Part shown: piece by piece, positions 29,798 through 45,709 of the stretch
Layout of the letters: the number at the start of each line of letters is the position of its first letter
Numbering within the stretch: position 1 is the stretch's first letter
Assembly (NCBI GenBank): GCA_963716725.1
Contig: CAVQUB010000007.1
Span: forward strand, 160,001 to 224,000
DNA length: 64,000 nucleotides
From: an uncultured delta proteobacterium
GTDB taxonomy: Bacteria; Myxococcota_A; Polyangia; Polyangiales; Polyangiaceae
Reading direction: 5' to 3'
Program-made: the position numbers and the translations under genes
The notes under the pieces: model-generated
The model's input: the letters and a program-made list of their open reading frames with translations, nothing else
What the model was told of the DNA's origin: nothing
Databases searched by the model: none

Positions 29798-29949
29798 CGC
29801 CGAAAGACATGGGGCGGCGCCCCTGCCTTGGCGAGGCCTTGACGCGTCCGGGGTTTGGCCGTGCGTGGCAGAGTGCCGGGCATGGCGCCGCGTTTCTCAG
29901 CAAGTCCCGATTTCCGCTCGCGCTCGGCTGGAGATGCGGCGCTGAGTGC

Positions 29950-31488
29950 TCATCCAGACGCCAGCGCCAGCCGGCGCTTTCGCGCGCGATCGGGCGCCAC
30001 GGGCGGCACTGCTTCGGCGTAACCCCGGCCGTCCGGCGCGTGACCCAGGGCCAAGAACACCCGCTTGAACTCCGCAAATGTGCCGCCGGCTCGCACGGCC
30101 TCGGCCACGGCCAGGCCTTCCGCCTCGCCTCCCTGCGACAGCACGTGCTCGACCCACGACCACTTGGCGCTCACCGCGCGCACCTCGGCACGACCCCGAA
30201 GCCCGCGGCGCAGTCGTTCGAGGCGCCGTTGCACGGTGCCGACTCCGGCGTAGGGCATGCCGTCGAGCGGCGTGTTCTTCTTGGCGCAGAAGGGCGAGAT
30301 GCCGAGAGCAACGGGGATGATCTTCGAGAGCTCACCGACAAACTGCGCGCACTCGTCGATGTCGTCGTCCGTCTCGCCCGGAAGCCCGACCATCAGATAC
30401 AGCTTCAGGCGCTCGATGCCGTGAGCGCGGGCGGCTCGAGCGGCCCCGAGGTAGTGCTGTTCGCGACCCCGGCGCTCGATCAGGTCGCGCATGCGCTGGC
30501 TCGCGCCGTCGAGGGCCGTGGTCAGTGTGCGATGCCCGGCGGCGGCGAGCACGCTCACGAAGCCGTCTCCCAAGCGATCCGGACGTAGGCTCGACAGGCC
30601 GACCCGAGTGCCCCGCTCCGCCAACGTGCGCACGATCTCTTCGATGCGAGGGTGGTCGCTCACTGCTGCGCCGACCAAGCCGACCTTGGCGGTGTCAGCG
30701 GGGATTTCGGCGAGGATCACCTCCTTGGGCACGATGCGCATGCCGCCATTGGTGGTGCGCCGCATGACACAATAGGTGCACCCGCGCGAGCACCCGCGCT
30801 CGGTCTCGATCAGAAGCATGTCCGACAGCTCCGTGTGCGGGGTGCGGATCACGCTCTTCGCCGGCAACAGTTTGTCGTCGCAGGCTGCAATGGCCGGAAG
30901 GCTGTCGCCGTGAATCGATGGCACGTACAGATTCGGGTGCGCAGCCAGCTTGGCGAGCGCCGCCGCCTTGCTCGGCGCTTCGAGCACGGCGTCCGCGGCG
31001 AAGTCGATGATTTCGTCGGCCTCGCCCAGGACCACTGCGTCCGCGTAGCCCGCGAGCGTGAGTGGATTGCTGAAAGTGAGCGGTCCCCCCATCAGCACGA
31101 AGGGTTCACGTTCGCTTCGGCGCGAGCGTTCAGCGGTGATGCCCGCGGCGTCGAGCATGCGCACGATCCCGATGATCTGAAGCTCATAGGCGACGCTGAA
31201 GGCCAAGAGCTGGAAGTCGCCGAGGGGGCGCAGCGCTTCGTAGCTGACCGGGCCTTCGACCTCGGCACCAGGGTCCTCGCCGCCGTCGTCGAGGAACACG
31301 CGTTCACAAGCGACGCCGGGCAGGGACTGAATGCAGCGGTAGACCAGCTGATAGCCCAGCGAGCTCATGCCCACCGCGTAGGGGGATGGGTACACGAGCG
31401 CGATGCGCCGGGCGGCTTCCTTGTCGATGCGGCCGACCTCGTCCGCCAGGCGCTGACGGATGAGTCGGCGCGTGGCATCCGAGGGCAT
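29950..31488 (-). CDS. Radical SAM protein with B12-binding-like N-terminal region, function unknown
   Basis: YPSPYAVGMSSLG, CxxxCxxC in RGCSRGCTYC, SSLRPD, LKLYLMVGLPGETDDD. Confidence 0.88.
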   Translation of the reverse strand: MPSDATRRLIRQRLADEVGRIDKEAARRIALVYPSPYAVGMSSLGYQLVYRCIQSLPGVACERVFLDDGGEDPGAEVEGPVSYEALRPLGDFQLLAFSVAYELQIIGIVRMLDAAGITAERSRRSEREPFVLMGGPLTFSNPLTLAGYADAVVLGEADEIIDFAADAVLEAPSKAAALAKLAAHPNLYVPSIHGDSLPAIAACDDKLLPAKSVIRTPHTELSDMLLIETERGCSRGCTYCVMRRTTNGGMRIVPKEVILAEIPADTAKVGLVGAAVSDHPRIEEIVRTLAERGTRVGLSSLRPDRLGDGFVSVLAAAGHRTLTTALDGASQRMRDLIERRGREQHYLGAARAARAHGIERLKLYLMVGLPGETDDDIDECAQFVGELSKIIPVALGISPFCAKKNTPLDGMPYAGVGTVQRRLERLRRGLRGRAEVRAVSAKWSWVEHVLSQGGEAEGLAVAEAVRAGGTFAEFKRVFLALGHAPDGRGYAEAVPPVAPDRARKRRLALASG

Positions 31489-31580
31489 CGGCTCAGGCGT
31501 ACAACGCCATGGCGCGCCGCGCCATGAAAGGTTCCGCGCCGGGGTTGCGAGGCCAGGGAGCGCTGGGCCATATTCCCGGC

Positions 31581-32831
31581 ATGCCGAGCCATCCGCCTCG
31601 CAGTGACGAACTCGTTTACGACTGGAACGAGATCGCACGCAAGGGTCGAGTCATCCCCAGCGGCGTCGAGTTCTTCGACGAGACCTTGCGGGACGGACTG
31701 CAAAACCCCAGCGTCAAAGATCCGAACATCGACGACAAGCTGGCCCTGCTCCACTTGATGGACAAGCTCGGCATTCAGCGGGCCGACATCGGCCTGCCCG
31801 GTTCGAGCAAGCGCGCTTTCGACGACTGCCTGCGCATGTGCCAGGAGGTCGTGAATCACAAGCTGAAGATCCGCGTGGCCTGCGCCGGCCGCACGGTGCC
31901 GGGGGACATCACGCCGATGGTCGAGCTTTCGCAGCGCGCGGGCATCCCGGTGGAGGTCTACGCCTTCGTCGGCTCGAGCCCCATCCGCGCGCTGGCGGAG
32001 GAGTGGGATCTCGACCTGATCAAGAAACGCAGCGCCGAGGCCATCGACGTCGGGGTCAAGGGCGGCCTTCAGGTCTGCTACGTCACCGAAGACACGACTC
32101 GCAGCCGTCCTGAGGTCCTCTCGGAGCTCTTCCGCCTGGCCGTCGATCATGGCGCGTCGCGGCTGTGTTTGTGTGACACCGTGGGTCACGCCACTCCCGA
32201 CGGTGTGCGCAACTTGATCCAGTTCACGCAGGCCCTGATCGCCGGCATGGGCGCCGACGTCGGCATCGACTGGCACGGTCACAACGATCGCGGTCTGGGC
32301 TTGGTCAACGCCATCTACGCCCTCGAATGGGGCGCGACCCGAGTTCACGCCTGCGCGCTCGGAGTCGGTGAGCGGGTCGGCAACGCGCAGATGGAGCTCA
32401 TCCTGCTGAACCTCAAGCTGCTCGGCATGCTCGAGAACCAGGACCTGACTCACCTCGTCGAGTACTGCGAGACCGCGGCCCGGGCCGTGGGTTGGGAGAT
32501 CCCGATCAACTATCCGCTCGTGGGAAAGGACGCGTTCCGGACCGCGACCGGTGTGCACGCGGCCGCCATCATCAAGGCGCAGGCCAAGGGCGACGCCTGG
32601 CTCGCCGATCGCATCTACAGCGGCGTGCCGGCTGGCATGTTCGGCCGACAGCAAGAGATCGTCATCGGCTACATGTCGGGCGCCAGCAACGTGACCTATT
32701 GGCTCAAGACCAGGAAGATCGAGCCCAGCGAGGCGCTCGTGAAAGCCATCCTGGCCAAGGCCAAAGACAGCGATCACATCCTCACCGAAGCCGAAGTGAT
32801 GTCGGTGGTGCAAGCGAACGCAGCAAGCTGA
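31581..32831 (+). CDS. LeuA-family (DRE-TIM) 2-isopropylmalate/homocitrate synthase-like enzyme lacking the C-terminal regulatory domain
   Basis: FFDETLRDGLQ, LCDTVG, HGHNDRGLG, GVGERVGNA, PLVGKDAF...GVH. About 416 aa. Confidence 0.88.
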   Translation: MPSHPPRSDELVYDWNEIARKGRVIPSGVEFFDETLRDGLQNPSVKDPNIDDKLALLHLMDKLGIQRADIGLPGSSKRAFDDCLRMCQEVVNHKLKIRVACAGRTVPGDITPMVELSQRAGIPVEVYAFVGSSPIRALAEEWDLDLIKKRSAEAIDVGVKGGLQVCYVTEDTTRSRPEVLSELFRLAVDHGASRLCLCDTVGHATPDGVRNLIQFTQALIAGMGADVGIDWHGHNDRGLGLVNAIYALEWGATRVHACALGVGERVGNAQMELILLNLKLLGMLENQDLTHLVEYCETAARAVGWEIPINYPLVGKDAFRTATGVHAAAIIKAQAKGDAWLADRIYSGVPAGMFGRQQEIVIGYMSGASNVTYWLKTRKIEPSEALVKAILAKAKDSDHILTEAEVMSVVQANAAS

Positions 32832-32914
32832 CGTGTGCACGCCATCCGCGCCGAGCAGCTCCTCCCCGCGGAGGGGTTGAGCGATAGCCCTTACGCACCC
32901 CAACGAGGCCCGCA

Positions 32915-34153
32915 ATGAGCATGAACGCGACCGAGACCACCAACTACTACCTAGGCCAGGCGTTCGAGCTGCTGAAGCTGTCTCCTCGCTACAAGACCCT
33001 GCTGGTCACGCCGAGTCGGGAGCTCCGCGTCGAGATCGCCATCGAGCTCGACGACGGTAACATCGGGAACTTCATTGGCTATCGCATCCAGCACGACAAC
33101 TCCCGCGGGCCCTACAAAGGTGGGCTGCGCTACCACCCCGATGTGGATCTGGACGAAGTGCGGTCCCTCGCCAGCTTGATGACCTGGAAGACCGCAGTGG
33201 TGAACGTGCCCTTTGGTGGCGCCAAGGGAGGGATCCAGGTCGATCCCAGCAAGCTGAGCCGGCGGGAGCTCGAGCGGCTCAGCCGCCGATTCATCGACCA
33301 GATCGCGGAGCTGATCGGCCCCGACACCGACATCCCGGCCCCCGACATGAACACCAACGCCGCAGTGATGGCGTGGATGTTCGACGAGTACAGCAGGCGC
33401 TACGGATTTTCTCCGGGCGTGGTCACGGGCAAGCCGGTCGAGCTGCACGGATCCTTCGGGCGCGACGCGGCCACTGGGCGCGGCTGCATGATCGCCATCC
33501 GCGAGGTGCTGGCCGCCGATGGACGAACCATCCGGGGAACGCGCTTCGCGGTCCAAGGTTTCGGCAACGTCGGCAGCTGGTTCGCGAAGCTGGTGCACGC
33601 CGAAGGCGGGCGCGTGATCGCCGTCAGCGACGTCAAGGGCGGCATCATCAACCCCGAAGGGCTGGACATCCCCGGAGTGGCCGAGCACGCCAAGGCGACC
33701 GGTAGCGTGGTCGGGTTCCCCGGCAGTGCGCCGATTTCCAACGAAGAGCTGTTGGTCGCGGACTGCGACGTGCTGGTGCCCGCCGCGCTGGGACACGTGC
33801 TCACCCGGGACAACGCGGAGAAGGTGCAGGCCAAGTGGGTGGTCGAGGCCGCCAACGGACCGACCACCATGGAGGCCGATCAGATCTTCAATCGGCGCGG
33901 CGTGGTGTGTTTGCCCGACATCTGGGCCAATGCCGGCGGCGTGACGGTGTCCTATTTCGAGTGGACGCAGAACACGGCGAAGTACCGCTGGACCGAGGAG
34001 CAAGTGAACCGCGAGCTCGATCGGCACATGGTCGAGGCGTGGAAATCGATCCAAAACATGATGAAGCAACACGGTTGCTCCATGCGGACCGCAGCTTTCG
34101 CTCTGGCCGTCTGTCGAGTCAAAGAAGCCACCGACTTGCGTGGGCTCGGGTGA
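32915..34153 (+). CDS. gdhA: Glutamate dehydrogenase
   Basis: RGPYKGGLRYHP, MTWKTA, FGGAKGG, DIPAPD, VTGKP, QGFGNVG, EAANGP, NAGGVTVSYFEW. Confidence 0.95.
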   Translation: MSMNATETTNYYLGQAFELLKLSPRYKTLLVTPSRELRVEIAIELDDGNIGNFIGYRIQHDNSRGPYKGGLRYHPDVDLDEVRSLASLMTWKTAVVNVPFGGAKGGIQVDPSKLSRRELERLSRRFIDQIAELIGPDTDIPAPDMNTNAAVMAWMFDEYSRRYGFSPGVVTGKPVELHGSFGRDAATGRGCMIAIREVLAADGRTIRGTRFAVQGFGNVGSWFAKLVHAEGGRVIAVSDVKGGIINPEGLDIPGVAEHAKATGSVVGFPGSAPISNEELLVADCDVLVPAALGHVLTRDNAEKVQAKWVVEAANGPTTMEADQIFNRRGVVCLPDIWANAGGVTVSYFEWTQNTAKYRWTEEQVNRELDRHMVEAWKSIQNMMKQHGCSMRTAAFALAVCRVKEATDLRGLG

Positions 34154-35121
34154 CGCTCGGCCGCTGTGCGCTGGCGGCGACGCTCGCGCTGGCAGCGTGC
34201 CGTGATCCGGCGCCGCCGCCGACCCCGCGCGCGGAGCCGGCGATGGCACCGCCCGCGGCGTCGGTCGCAGCGCCACCGGTCGAGCTGTCCAGCCCGGTCG
34301 CGTCTCCCTCGACCCCGGCCGCCCCCGATGCCGCCGCCAGCTCCGCCGCGTACCCCTGGCTAGCCACCCCGGGTCTCGAACCCAAACCCACCGACACGAT
34401 CCGCCGGCGCTTCGCGCCTCCGGCGGGGTTCGTACGCGCGCGCGTTGCGGCCAAGAGCTTCGCGGGGTGGTTGCGCGATCTCCCGCTCGCGGCTCCCGAG
34501 ACCCCCGTGCGAGCCTACGACGGGCGCGTGCTGCATGCGGCGACCGACTCGCGCATCGCCGGGGTCGTCGCCCTCGATGTCAGCCCCACGGATTTGCAGC
34601 AATGCGCCGACTCGGTGATGCGACTGCATGCGGAGTGGCTCTGGTCGAAGGGCGAGCGCAACATGAGCTACCGGGCCGCTGCGGGGCTGGCGCTGCCGTG
34701 GTCGCGCTGGTCGCGCGGGGAACGCATCGTGCCGTCCGGTGCGAACATCCAGTGGGTTCCAGCAGGCAAGCCAGTCAGCGACCACGCGGCATTTCGCAAG
34801 TACTTGGACGCGGTGTTTGCCTGGGCCAACACCGTGAGCCTCGAGAAGCAGGCGAAGCCCGTAGAGCCCGATCAGATCCGCGCGGGCGACTTCTTCATCC
34901 TGCCCGGCAACCCAGGCCACGCGGTGCTCGTGCTCGATGTCGCCGAGAAGGGCGACCAGAGGGTGGCGCTCCTGGGGCAGAGCTTCATGCCCGCGCAGAA
35001 CACCCAGGTGCTGCGTCCCGCCGACGGCGGCCCGTGGTTTCGCCTCGATCCGTCGAAAGCCGTTGACACGCCGTTCTGGAAGCCGTTTCCGTGGGCCTCG
35101 CTCAGGCGGCTCCCGGAATGA
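34150..35121 (+). CDS. DUF4846-like lipoprotein
   Basis: GTGA overlap with gdhA, lipobox LAAC, DLQQCADSVMRLHAEWL, ANTVSL, PGHAVLVLD, QSFMPAQ. Confidence 0.8.
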   Translation: MTLGRCALAATLALAACRDPAPPPTPRAEPAMAPPAASVAAPPVELSSPVASPSTPAAPDAAASSAAYPWLATPGLEPKPTDTIRRRFAPPAGFVRARVAAKSFAGWLRDLPLAAPETPVRAYDGRVLHAATDSRIAGVVALDVSPTDLQQCADSVMRLHAEWLWSKGERNMSYRAAAGLALPWSRWSRGERIVPSGANIQWVPAGKPVSDHAAFRKYLDAVFAWANTVSLEKQAKPVEPDQIRAGDFFILPGNPGHAVLVLDVAEKGDQRVALLGQSFMPAQNTQVLRPADGGPWFRLDPSKAVDTPFWKPFPWASLRRLPE

Positions 35122-36404
35122 CGCAGACCAAGACCTCGCGGAAGAAGGCCAAGGCCAAGGCCGAAGCCGAAGAGAAACTCCCGCCCCCAGAACGCCGGGA
35201 GCGGCGATCGCTGTCCCACGTCGGTGGCGCGGTCGAGATCGCGGGTCCCGACCTCGAGGCCGCCAGGGTGTTGAAGCGCGCTCTCGATGTGCGGGCCGAC
35301 GAAGCCAGCACCATGCGCCACGTGCACGGCTTCCACAGCTATCCGGCTCGGCTGCACCCCGACACCGCGGCACGGCTGATCGAAGGTCTGTCGAAACCCG
35401 GGGACACGGTGCTCGATCCATTCTGCGGCAGCGGGACCATCTTGGTCGAGGCGCACCGGCTCGGGCGTCGCGCCCTGGGCATCGACGCGAACCCGCTGGC
35501 CATCGAGCTCGCGAAGCTCAAGACCCTCGGGCTTGGCACCCGCGAGACGGCGACCCTGGTGCAGACCGCGGAGGCCATTTACGAGAAGGCCGACAAGCGC
35601 CGCCTCGCCAAGGCCGCGCCCACCCGGCGCTACGGGCCCGAAGATCGCGAGCTCTTCGACATCCACGTGCTGCTCGAGCTCGACAGCATCGCCAGCGGCA
35701 TCGACGAGCTGCCCCGCGGCGAGATGAAACGAGCGTTGTTTTTGGTGTTTTCGGCCATGCTGACCAAGGTGAGCAAGCAGCCGGGTGACACCACCGGCCG
35801 CAAGGCGCCGCGCCGTTTGCCCGCCGGCTTTGCGCTTCAGTTTTTCGTCAAGAAGACCGAGGAGCTGGTGCGCCGCCTCGAGCAGTACGCCGCGTTGGTT
35901 CCGGATCGCAGGGTCGAGGTGAAGGTCGGGCCGGGCGACGCTCGCTACCTGGAGCGGATCCGCGCGGGCTCGGTGGCTCTGATCGTGACCTCACCGCCTT
36001 ATCCGGGCGTGTACGACTATCACGCGCATCACGCAACGCGCCTGCGTTGGCTCGAGCTCGAATCCGAGCGCTTCGAGCGCTTCGAGATCGGCTCGCGCCG
36101 CGGCGCGCGCGGCAAGAGCTTCGAGATGGCGCTCGGGACCTGGCGCCGGGAGCTTGGAGCATCGCTGGCCGAGATGGCTCGGGTGATCTCGGCGAAGGGA
36201 GCTGCGGCGCTGATCATCGCCGACAGCGTGATCGCCGGTCGCGCGCTCCGGGCTGAGGAGTTGACGGTTGACCTCGCGCGCAACGCCGGCCTCGTGCTGG
36301 CGGCCCGCGCTTCACAGAAGCGCCCGCATTTCCACCTGGCGACCCAGTCCGCGTTCCGCGGGGCGCCGCGGCGTGAGCACGTGCTCTTGGTCCGCAAAGC
36401 GTAG
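35118..36404 (+). CDS. Amino-methyltransferase (m4C/m6A DNA methyltransferase-like)
   Basis: HGFHSYPA, SAM-binding VLDPFCGSGT, catalytic-type IVTSPPY. ATGA overlap with the upstream gene. Confidence 0.8.
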   Translation: MTQTKTSRKKAKAKAEAEEKLPPPERRERRSLSHVGGAVEIAGPDLEAARVLKRALDVRADEASTMRHVHGFHSYPARLHPDTAARLIEGLSKPGDTVLDPFCGSGTILVEAHRLGRRALGIDANPLAIELAKLKTLGLGTRETATLVQTAEAIYEKADKRRLAKAAPTRRYGPEDRELFDIHVLLELDSIASGIDELPRGEMKRALFLVFSAMLTKVSKQPGDTTGRKAPRRLPAGFALQFFVKKTEELVRRLEQYAALVPDRRVEVKVGPGDARYLERIRAGSVALIVTSPPYPGVYDYHAHHATRLRWLELESERFERFEIGSRRGARGKSFEMALGTWRRELGASLAEMARVISAKGAAALIIADSVIAGRALRAEELTVDLARNAGLVLAARASQKRPHFHLATQSAFRGAPRREHVLLVRKA

Positions 36405-36409
36405 AGCGC

Positions 36410-37642
36410 TCAGGCCAACTGCCGCTTGACGGCGGGAGCGGCGCAAGTGTCCACGACGCGGTTTCGGCCCGAGCGCTTGGCGCTGTACAAACAGTCGTCG
36501 GCCTGGGTCAGCAAGTCGTCTCCCGAGTGGCCGCCCACGGTCGTGGCACAGCCAATGCTCACGGTCACGGAGAACGCGCTGCCCCCGTGCTCGAACCCAT
36601 GTGCAGCCACGGCTGCACGGAGGCGCTCGGCCACCATGCGCGCGCCCTCACGGGGCGTGTTGCGGAGCAGCACCACGAACTCCTCGCCGCCGTAGCGCGC
36701 CACGAGGTCTTCGGTACGAAGACGCGAGACGAGAATGGTGGCCAAATCGACCAAGACGGCGTCCCCGGCCGCGTGGCCCTTCGTGTCGTTCACCGCCTTG
36801 AAGTGATCGACATCTAGAATGAGGACGCTGGTCGGGACGGCGTGCCGAGCTCCGAAGGCGAGCTCGTGTTCGATGCGTTCGGCGAAGTAGCGGCGGTTGT
36901 TCAGGTTCGTGAGCGGATCGCGGATGCTGCTCTCGTACAGCTGCTGCGCCATGGATCGGAGGCGGTGCTCGACCGTTCTCCGCTCGTGGTCGTAGGCCAT
37001 GGCGATGAATGCGGTGACCACCAGGAAGCAGGCGTACAGCGTGGCCTTCACGACCGGAGGCGGTGGGGTGGTCGCCGTCAAGTGGCCGGTCTGGAAGGCC
37101 ACGGCGAGCAGGCCCAGCTCGACCATCAGGATCCCGGTCAGGATCTTTGCGCCGCGGGCGCCCAGGAAGAAGGCCGCGATCAGCGGGATGGACGGCAACA
37201 TGGCGAGCACGGGCGCGTTGAGGCCGCCGGCACCGACGGCCAGCAGTGGGAGTGTGGTCGCGGTGGCGCCAACCGGGAGGATGGCCGCCTTGTTTAGCGA
37301 CCGCGTGTGCCTGAGCACCCAGGGTCCGGACGCCATCGCGAGCGTGGTGATGGGCGCGGCGAGCCAATAGCTCGCGGGCGGCGCGCGATCCGAGACCATG
37401 CGCAGGGTCGCGCTCACGATCATCAGCACCAGCGCGCCGTGGCACGCGATGATCAAGGTGCGGGCGCGTCGACGAAACCCGAAATCGTCTGGCTGATGAA
37501 CGGCGCCGAAGTAGCGGAAGTAGGGTTCCCACCAGTCGTCGCCAGGCGGCGGGGACGTCACGTTCAACGCCCGAGCCTCCGGCGGATCAGTGTGCGTGGG
37601 CGAAGCTTCCGCGGCCTTCAGCGAGAGATCGATGTCGGTCAT
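36410..37642 (-). CDS. Membrane-bound diguanylate cyclase (GGEEF)
   Basis: Several N-terminal TM helices, DPLTNLNNRR, DVDHFKAVNDTKGHAAGD, RTED I-site (RxxD), RYGGEEF, AKRSGRNR. Confidence 0.93.
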   Translation of the reverse strand: MTDIDLSLKAAEASPTHTDPPEARALNVTSPPPGDDWWEPYFRYFGAVHQPDDFGFRRRARTLIIACHGALVLMIVSATLRMVSDRAPPASYWLAAPITTLAMASGPWVLRHTRSLNKAAILPVGATATTLPLLAVGAGGLNAPVLAMLPSIPLIAAFFLGARGAKILTGILMVELGLLAVAFQTGHLTATTPPPPVVKATLYACFLVVTAFIAMAYDHERRTVEHRLRSMAQQLYESSIRDPLTNLNNRRYFAERIEHELAFGARHAVPTSVLILDVDHFKAVNDTKGHAAGDAVLVDLATILVSRLRTEDLVARYGGEEFVVLLRNTPREGARMVAERLRAAVAAHGFEHGGSAFSVTVSIGCATTVGGHSGDDLLTQADDCLYSAKRSGRNRVVDTCAAPAVKRQLA

Positions 37643-37739
37643 TCGCGTCCGGTCGGGGCGCTCGAGCGATGGACCACTCGGGCCACCCCTCCCGGGACCA
37701 ACGGCAGAAGCAGTTGGAGTTTAAGTCCTCGACCGGGGA

Positions 37740-39266
37740 TCACGAACGCCGGCGACGCGCGAGCAGCGCGCCGAGGCCCGCGAGCACGAGCCAGCTCGAC
37801 GAGGGAGCATTTTGCGCTGGCACCCGGCACCCGCAGCCGCCGTCGTCATCGACGTCGAGGCCCGTGCCGCCGTCTTTGCCACCGCCAACGCCGCCGTCCT
37901 TGCCGCCGCTCGAGCTGCCGCCGCTCGAGCTGCCGCCGCTCGAGCTGCCGCCGGTGGACGAACCGCCCGCGCCCGCTGCGCCTGCCGAGCCTGCCGAGCC
38001 TGCCGCGCCCGCCGCGCCCGCTGCGCCGCCGGCGCCCGCTGCGCCGCCGGTCGAACCACCCGCGCCCGCTGCGCCGCCGGTCGCGCCGCCGGTTCCGCCG
38101 GTCGCGCCGCCGGTTCCGCCGGTCGCGCCGCCGGTTCCGCCGGTCGCGCCGCCGGTTCCGCCGGTCGCGCCGCCGGTTCCGCCGGTCGCGCCGCCGGTTC
38201 CGCCGGTCGCGCCGCCGGTTCCGCCACCGCCGCCCGTGCCGCCCGTGCCGCAGCCGGCGATCGGGGTGTACACGCAGCCCGTGGCCGTCGCGCACGAGTC
38301 GGTCGTGCACGGATTGTTGTCGTTGCAAGCGATGGGCTTGTGGGCGCACGCGCCGCTGGTCGCGTCGCAGCCGTCGGCGGTGCAAGCGTTGTTGTCGTTG
38401 CAGTCCTTGGCGACGTACTTGCAGCCGGTTGCCTTGTCGCAGCTGTCGGTGGTGCAAGCGTTGTTGTCGGCGCAGACCACCGGCTTGCCGGGTTGACACG
38501 TGCCACCTCCGCAGGTGTCGCCGGTGGTGCAGGCATCCTTGTCGTCGCAGGGGTTGGTGTTGACCTGGCCCAGGCAGGCTCCATTGTTGGGGTTACAGGT
38601 GTCCGTGGTGCACACGTTGCCGTCGTCGCAGCTCTTGGTGGAGCCGGCCGCGCACTTGCCCGCGCCGTCGCACACGTCGGCGAGCGTGCACTGATTGCTA
38701 TCGGTGCAGGTGGCGCCCTTGAGCAGGTTGATCTTCGTGGCGGTGCTCGCCGCGGTCATGTCGCAGGCGTTGAACACGCACCCTTCGCGGCCGTAGGGCA
38801 CCGGGTTCGCCAGGGCCGCGCACGCACCGTTTGCGTTGCAGGCGCCGTCGCAGGAGTCGGGGTAGATGCCGCCGCCCGACGACGGCCGGCAGGCCGCACC
38901 GGTCTTGGCCTGGATGGCGACGCAGGCCCCGTTGAGGCAGGTGTTGGCGCAGCTGGTGCCACCTGACGAGCCACACACGCGACCGTTCAGAGTGGGGATA
39001 CCCACGGTGGTGATACCCACGCAGGTGACGCTGTAGGGGAACGTTGCCGTCGGGGTGGGGTGGCAGACGCCGCCGCATTCGAGCAGCGGCCCTCCATTGC
39101 CGTCCGGATCGCAGGGATGCCCGATGGTGTTGTAGTTGCACCCCCCGGTCAGCGCCTCGGATGACTCCCCCGTCGGCTCACCCGACTCGGTGGGCTCGTC
39201 AGCCGCCGAACACGCCAAGATCGAGAATGCACCGAAGAACGCAATCGTGCTGCTGAGCTTTCGCAT
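37740..39266 (-). CDS. Cys-rich repeat surface protein with MYXO-CTERM sorting signal
   Basis: GGAGGA RBS, N-terminal FSILAC, repeated C(D/N)DxNxCTxDxC units, Gly/Thr linker, and C-terminal [10 protein letters not shown]...[17 protein letters not shown]. Confidence 0.88.
   Translation of the reverse strand: MRKLSSTIAFFGAFSILACSAADEPTESGEPTGESSEALTGGCNYNTIGHPCDPDGNGGPLLECGGVCHPTPTATFPYSVTCVGITTVGIPTLNGRVCGSSGGTSCANTCLNGACVAIQAKTGAACRPSSGGGIYPDSCDGACNANGACAALANPVPYGREGCVFNACDMTAASTATKINLLKGATCTDSNQCTLADVCDGAGKCAAGSTKSCDDGNVCTTDTCNPNNGACLGQVNTNPCDDKDACTTGDTCGGGTCQPGKPVVCADNNACTTDSCDKATGCKYVAKDCNDNNACTADGCDATSGACAHKPIACNDNNPCTTDSCATATGCVYTPIAGCGTGGTGGGGGTGGATGGTGGATGGTGGATGGTGGATGGTGGATGGTGGATGGTGGATGGAAGAGGSTGGAAGAGGAAGAAGAAGSAGSAGAAGAGGSSTGGSSSGGSSSGGSSSGGKDGGVGGGKDGGTGLDVDDDGGCGCRVPAQNAPSSSWLVLAGLGALLARRRRS
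38079..38225 (-). repeat. Perfect 21-nt coding tandem repeat x7 (GGTGGAT peptide)
   Basis: ggtcgcgccgccggttccgcc occurs seven times in tandem on the + strand. Confidence 0.92.
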
Positions 39267-39370
39267 CGTTTCCTCCAAAGTCGAGCCAAGACCCCCTCGA
39301 AGAGTACACGGACGCGGGCCTCGAGCCAGCACGATTGCACCGCGGGCGCGGCTTACCTACGCATGGAGTC

Positions 39371-42964
<3,594 letters not shown>

Positions 42965-43053
42965 GCGAGTTCTCGCCACCAGGGCGGCGAATTGGCCCGA
43001 AGGTCGTTCTTCGGGTTCTCGAAAGCCGCGAACGTGCGCTATACGCGCGACCC

Positions 43054-45150
<2,097 letters not shown>

Positions 45151-45153
45151 CCC

Positions 45154-45570
45154 ATGCCCTGGGTAGATGCGGCGCTGGCGCTGGTGTGCTGGGGGTTCTG
45201 GGCGTTTCTGCCCAAGCTCACGACCAGGTACCTTCCGGACGCCTACAGCGCCGTGCTCTACCAGTACGTCGGTTCGGCCGTCTGCGTGCTTGGCTACGGA
45301 GCCCTGCGCGGATCGCTCACGCCGAGCTACAGCACGAAGGGGCTCGTGTACGCCGCGCTCGCCGGAGTGGCAGCGACCGCGGGCATGGCCTTCTACTATC
45401 GAGCGGCCGCGCGCACCGAGATCAGCGCCGTCGCCATCACGACCGCGCTCTATCCCATCGTGTCGGTGGGTCTGGCGGTCGCGTTGCTGGGCGAGCGCCT
45501 GACGCTGCGGCAGTGGATCGGCGCGGGACTGGCGCTGGTGGCGGTGGCACTGTTGGCTCCCACGACCTGA
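45154..45570 (+). CDS. EamA/DMT family small membrane transporter
   Basis: [11 protein letters not shown]...[26 protein letters not shown]. Confidence 0.85.
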   Translation: MPWVDAALALVCWGFWAFLPKLTTRYLPDAYSAVLYQYVGSAVCVLGYGALRGSLTPSYSTKGLVYAALAGVAATAGMAFYYRAAARTEISAVAITTALYPIVSVGLAVALLGERLTLRQWIGAGLALVAVALLAPTT

Positions 45571-45594
45571 CCTGCTCCCACATGGGCGCCGCGA

Positions 45595-45609
45595 ATTGGT
45601 TCAACCAAT
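45595..45609. promoter_or_regulatory. Palindromic operator/enhancer candidate ATTGGT-N3-ACCAAT
   Basis: Perfect 6-bp AT-rich inverted repeat in a very GC-rich background, about 100 bp upstream of the gtrA-like gene. Confidence 0.55.
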
Positions 45610-45679
45610 GGTGTAGCGGTGTTCGCGGCTGCTCACTTCGCACCAGCGCCCAACCCGCTGAAATCCCACGACCGGCGCC

Positions 45680-45696
45680 CTGGCATGAGCCTGGCA
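45680..45696 (+). promoter_or_regulatory. Sigma54-type (-24/-12) promoter candidate
   Basis: CTGGCATGAGCCTGGCA has the GG-N10-GC spacing and is close to TGGCACG-N4-TTGCW. Confidence 0.55.
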
Positions 45697-45709
45697 ATGA
45701 GGCTTGGGC

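Noticed and set aside
35118..36404. Restriction-modification or defence island
   Set aside because: No endonuclease, helicase or other defence gene is adjacent, and there is no visible compositional shift.
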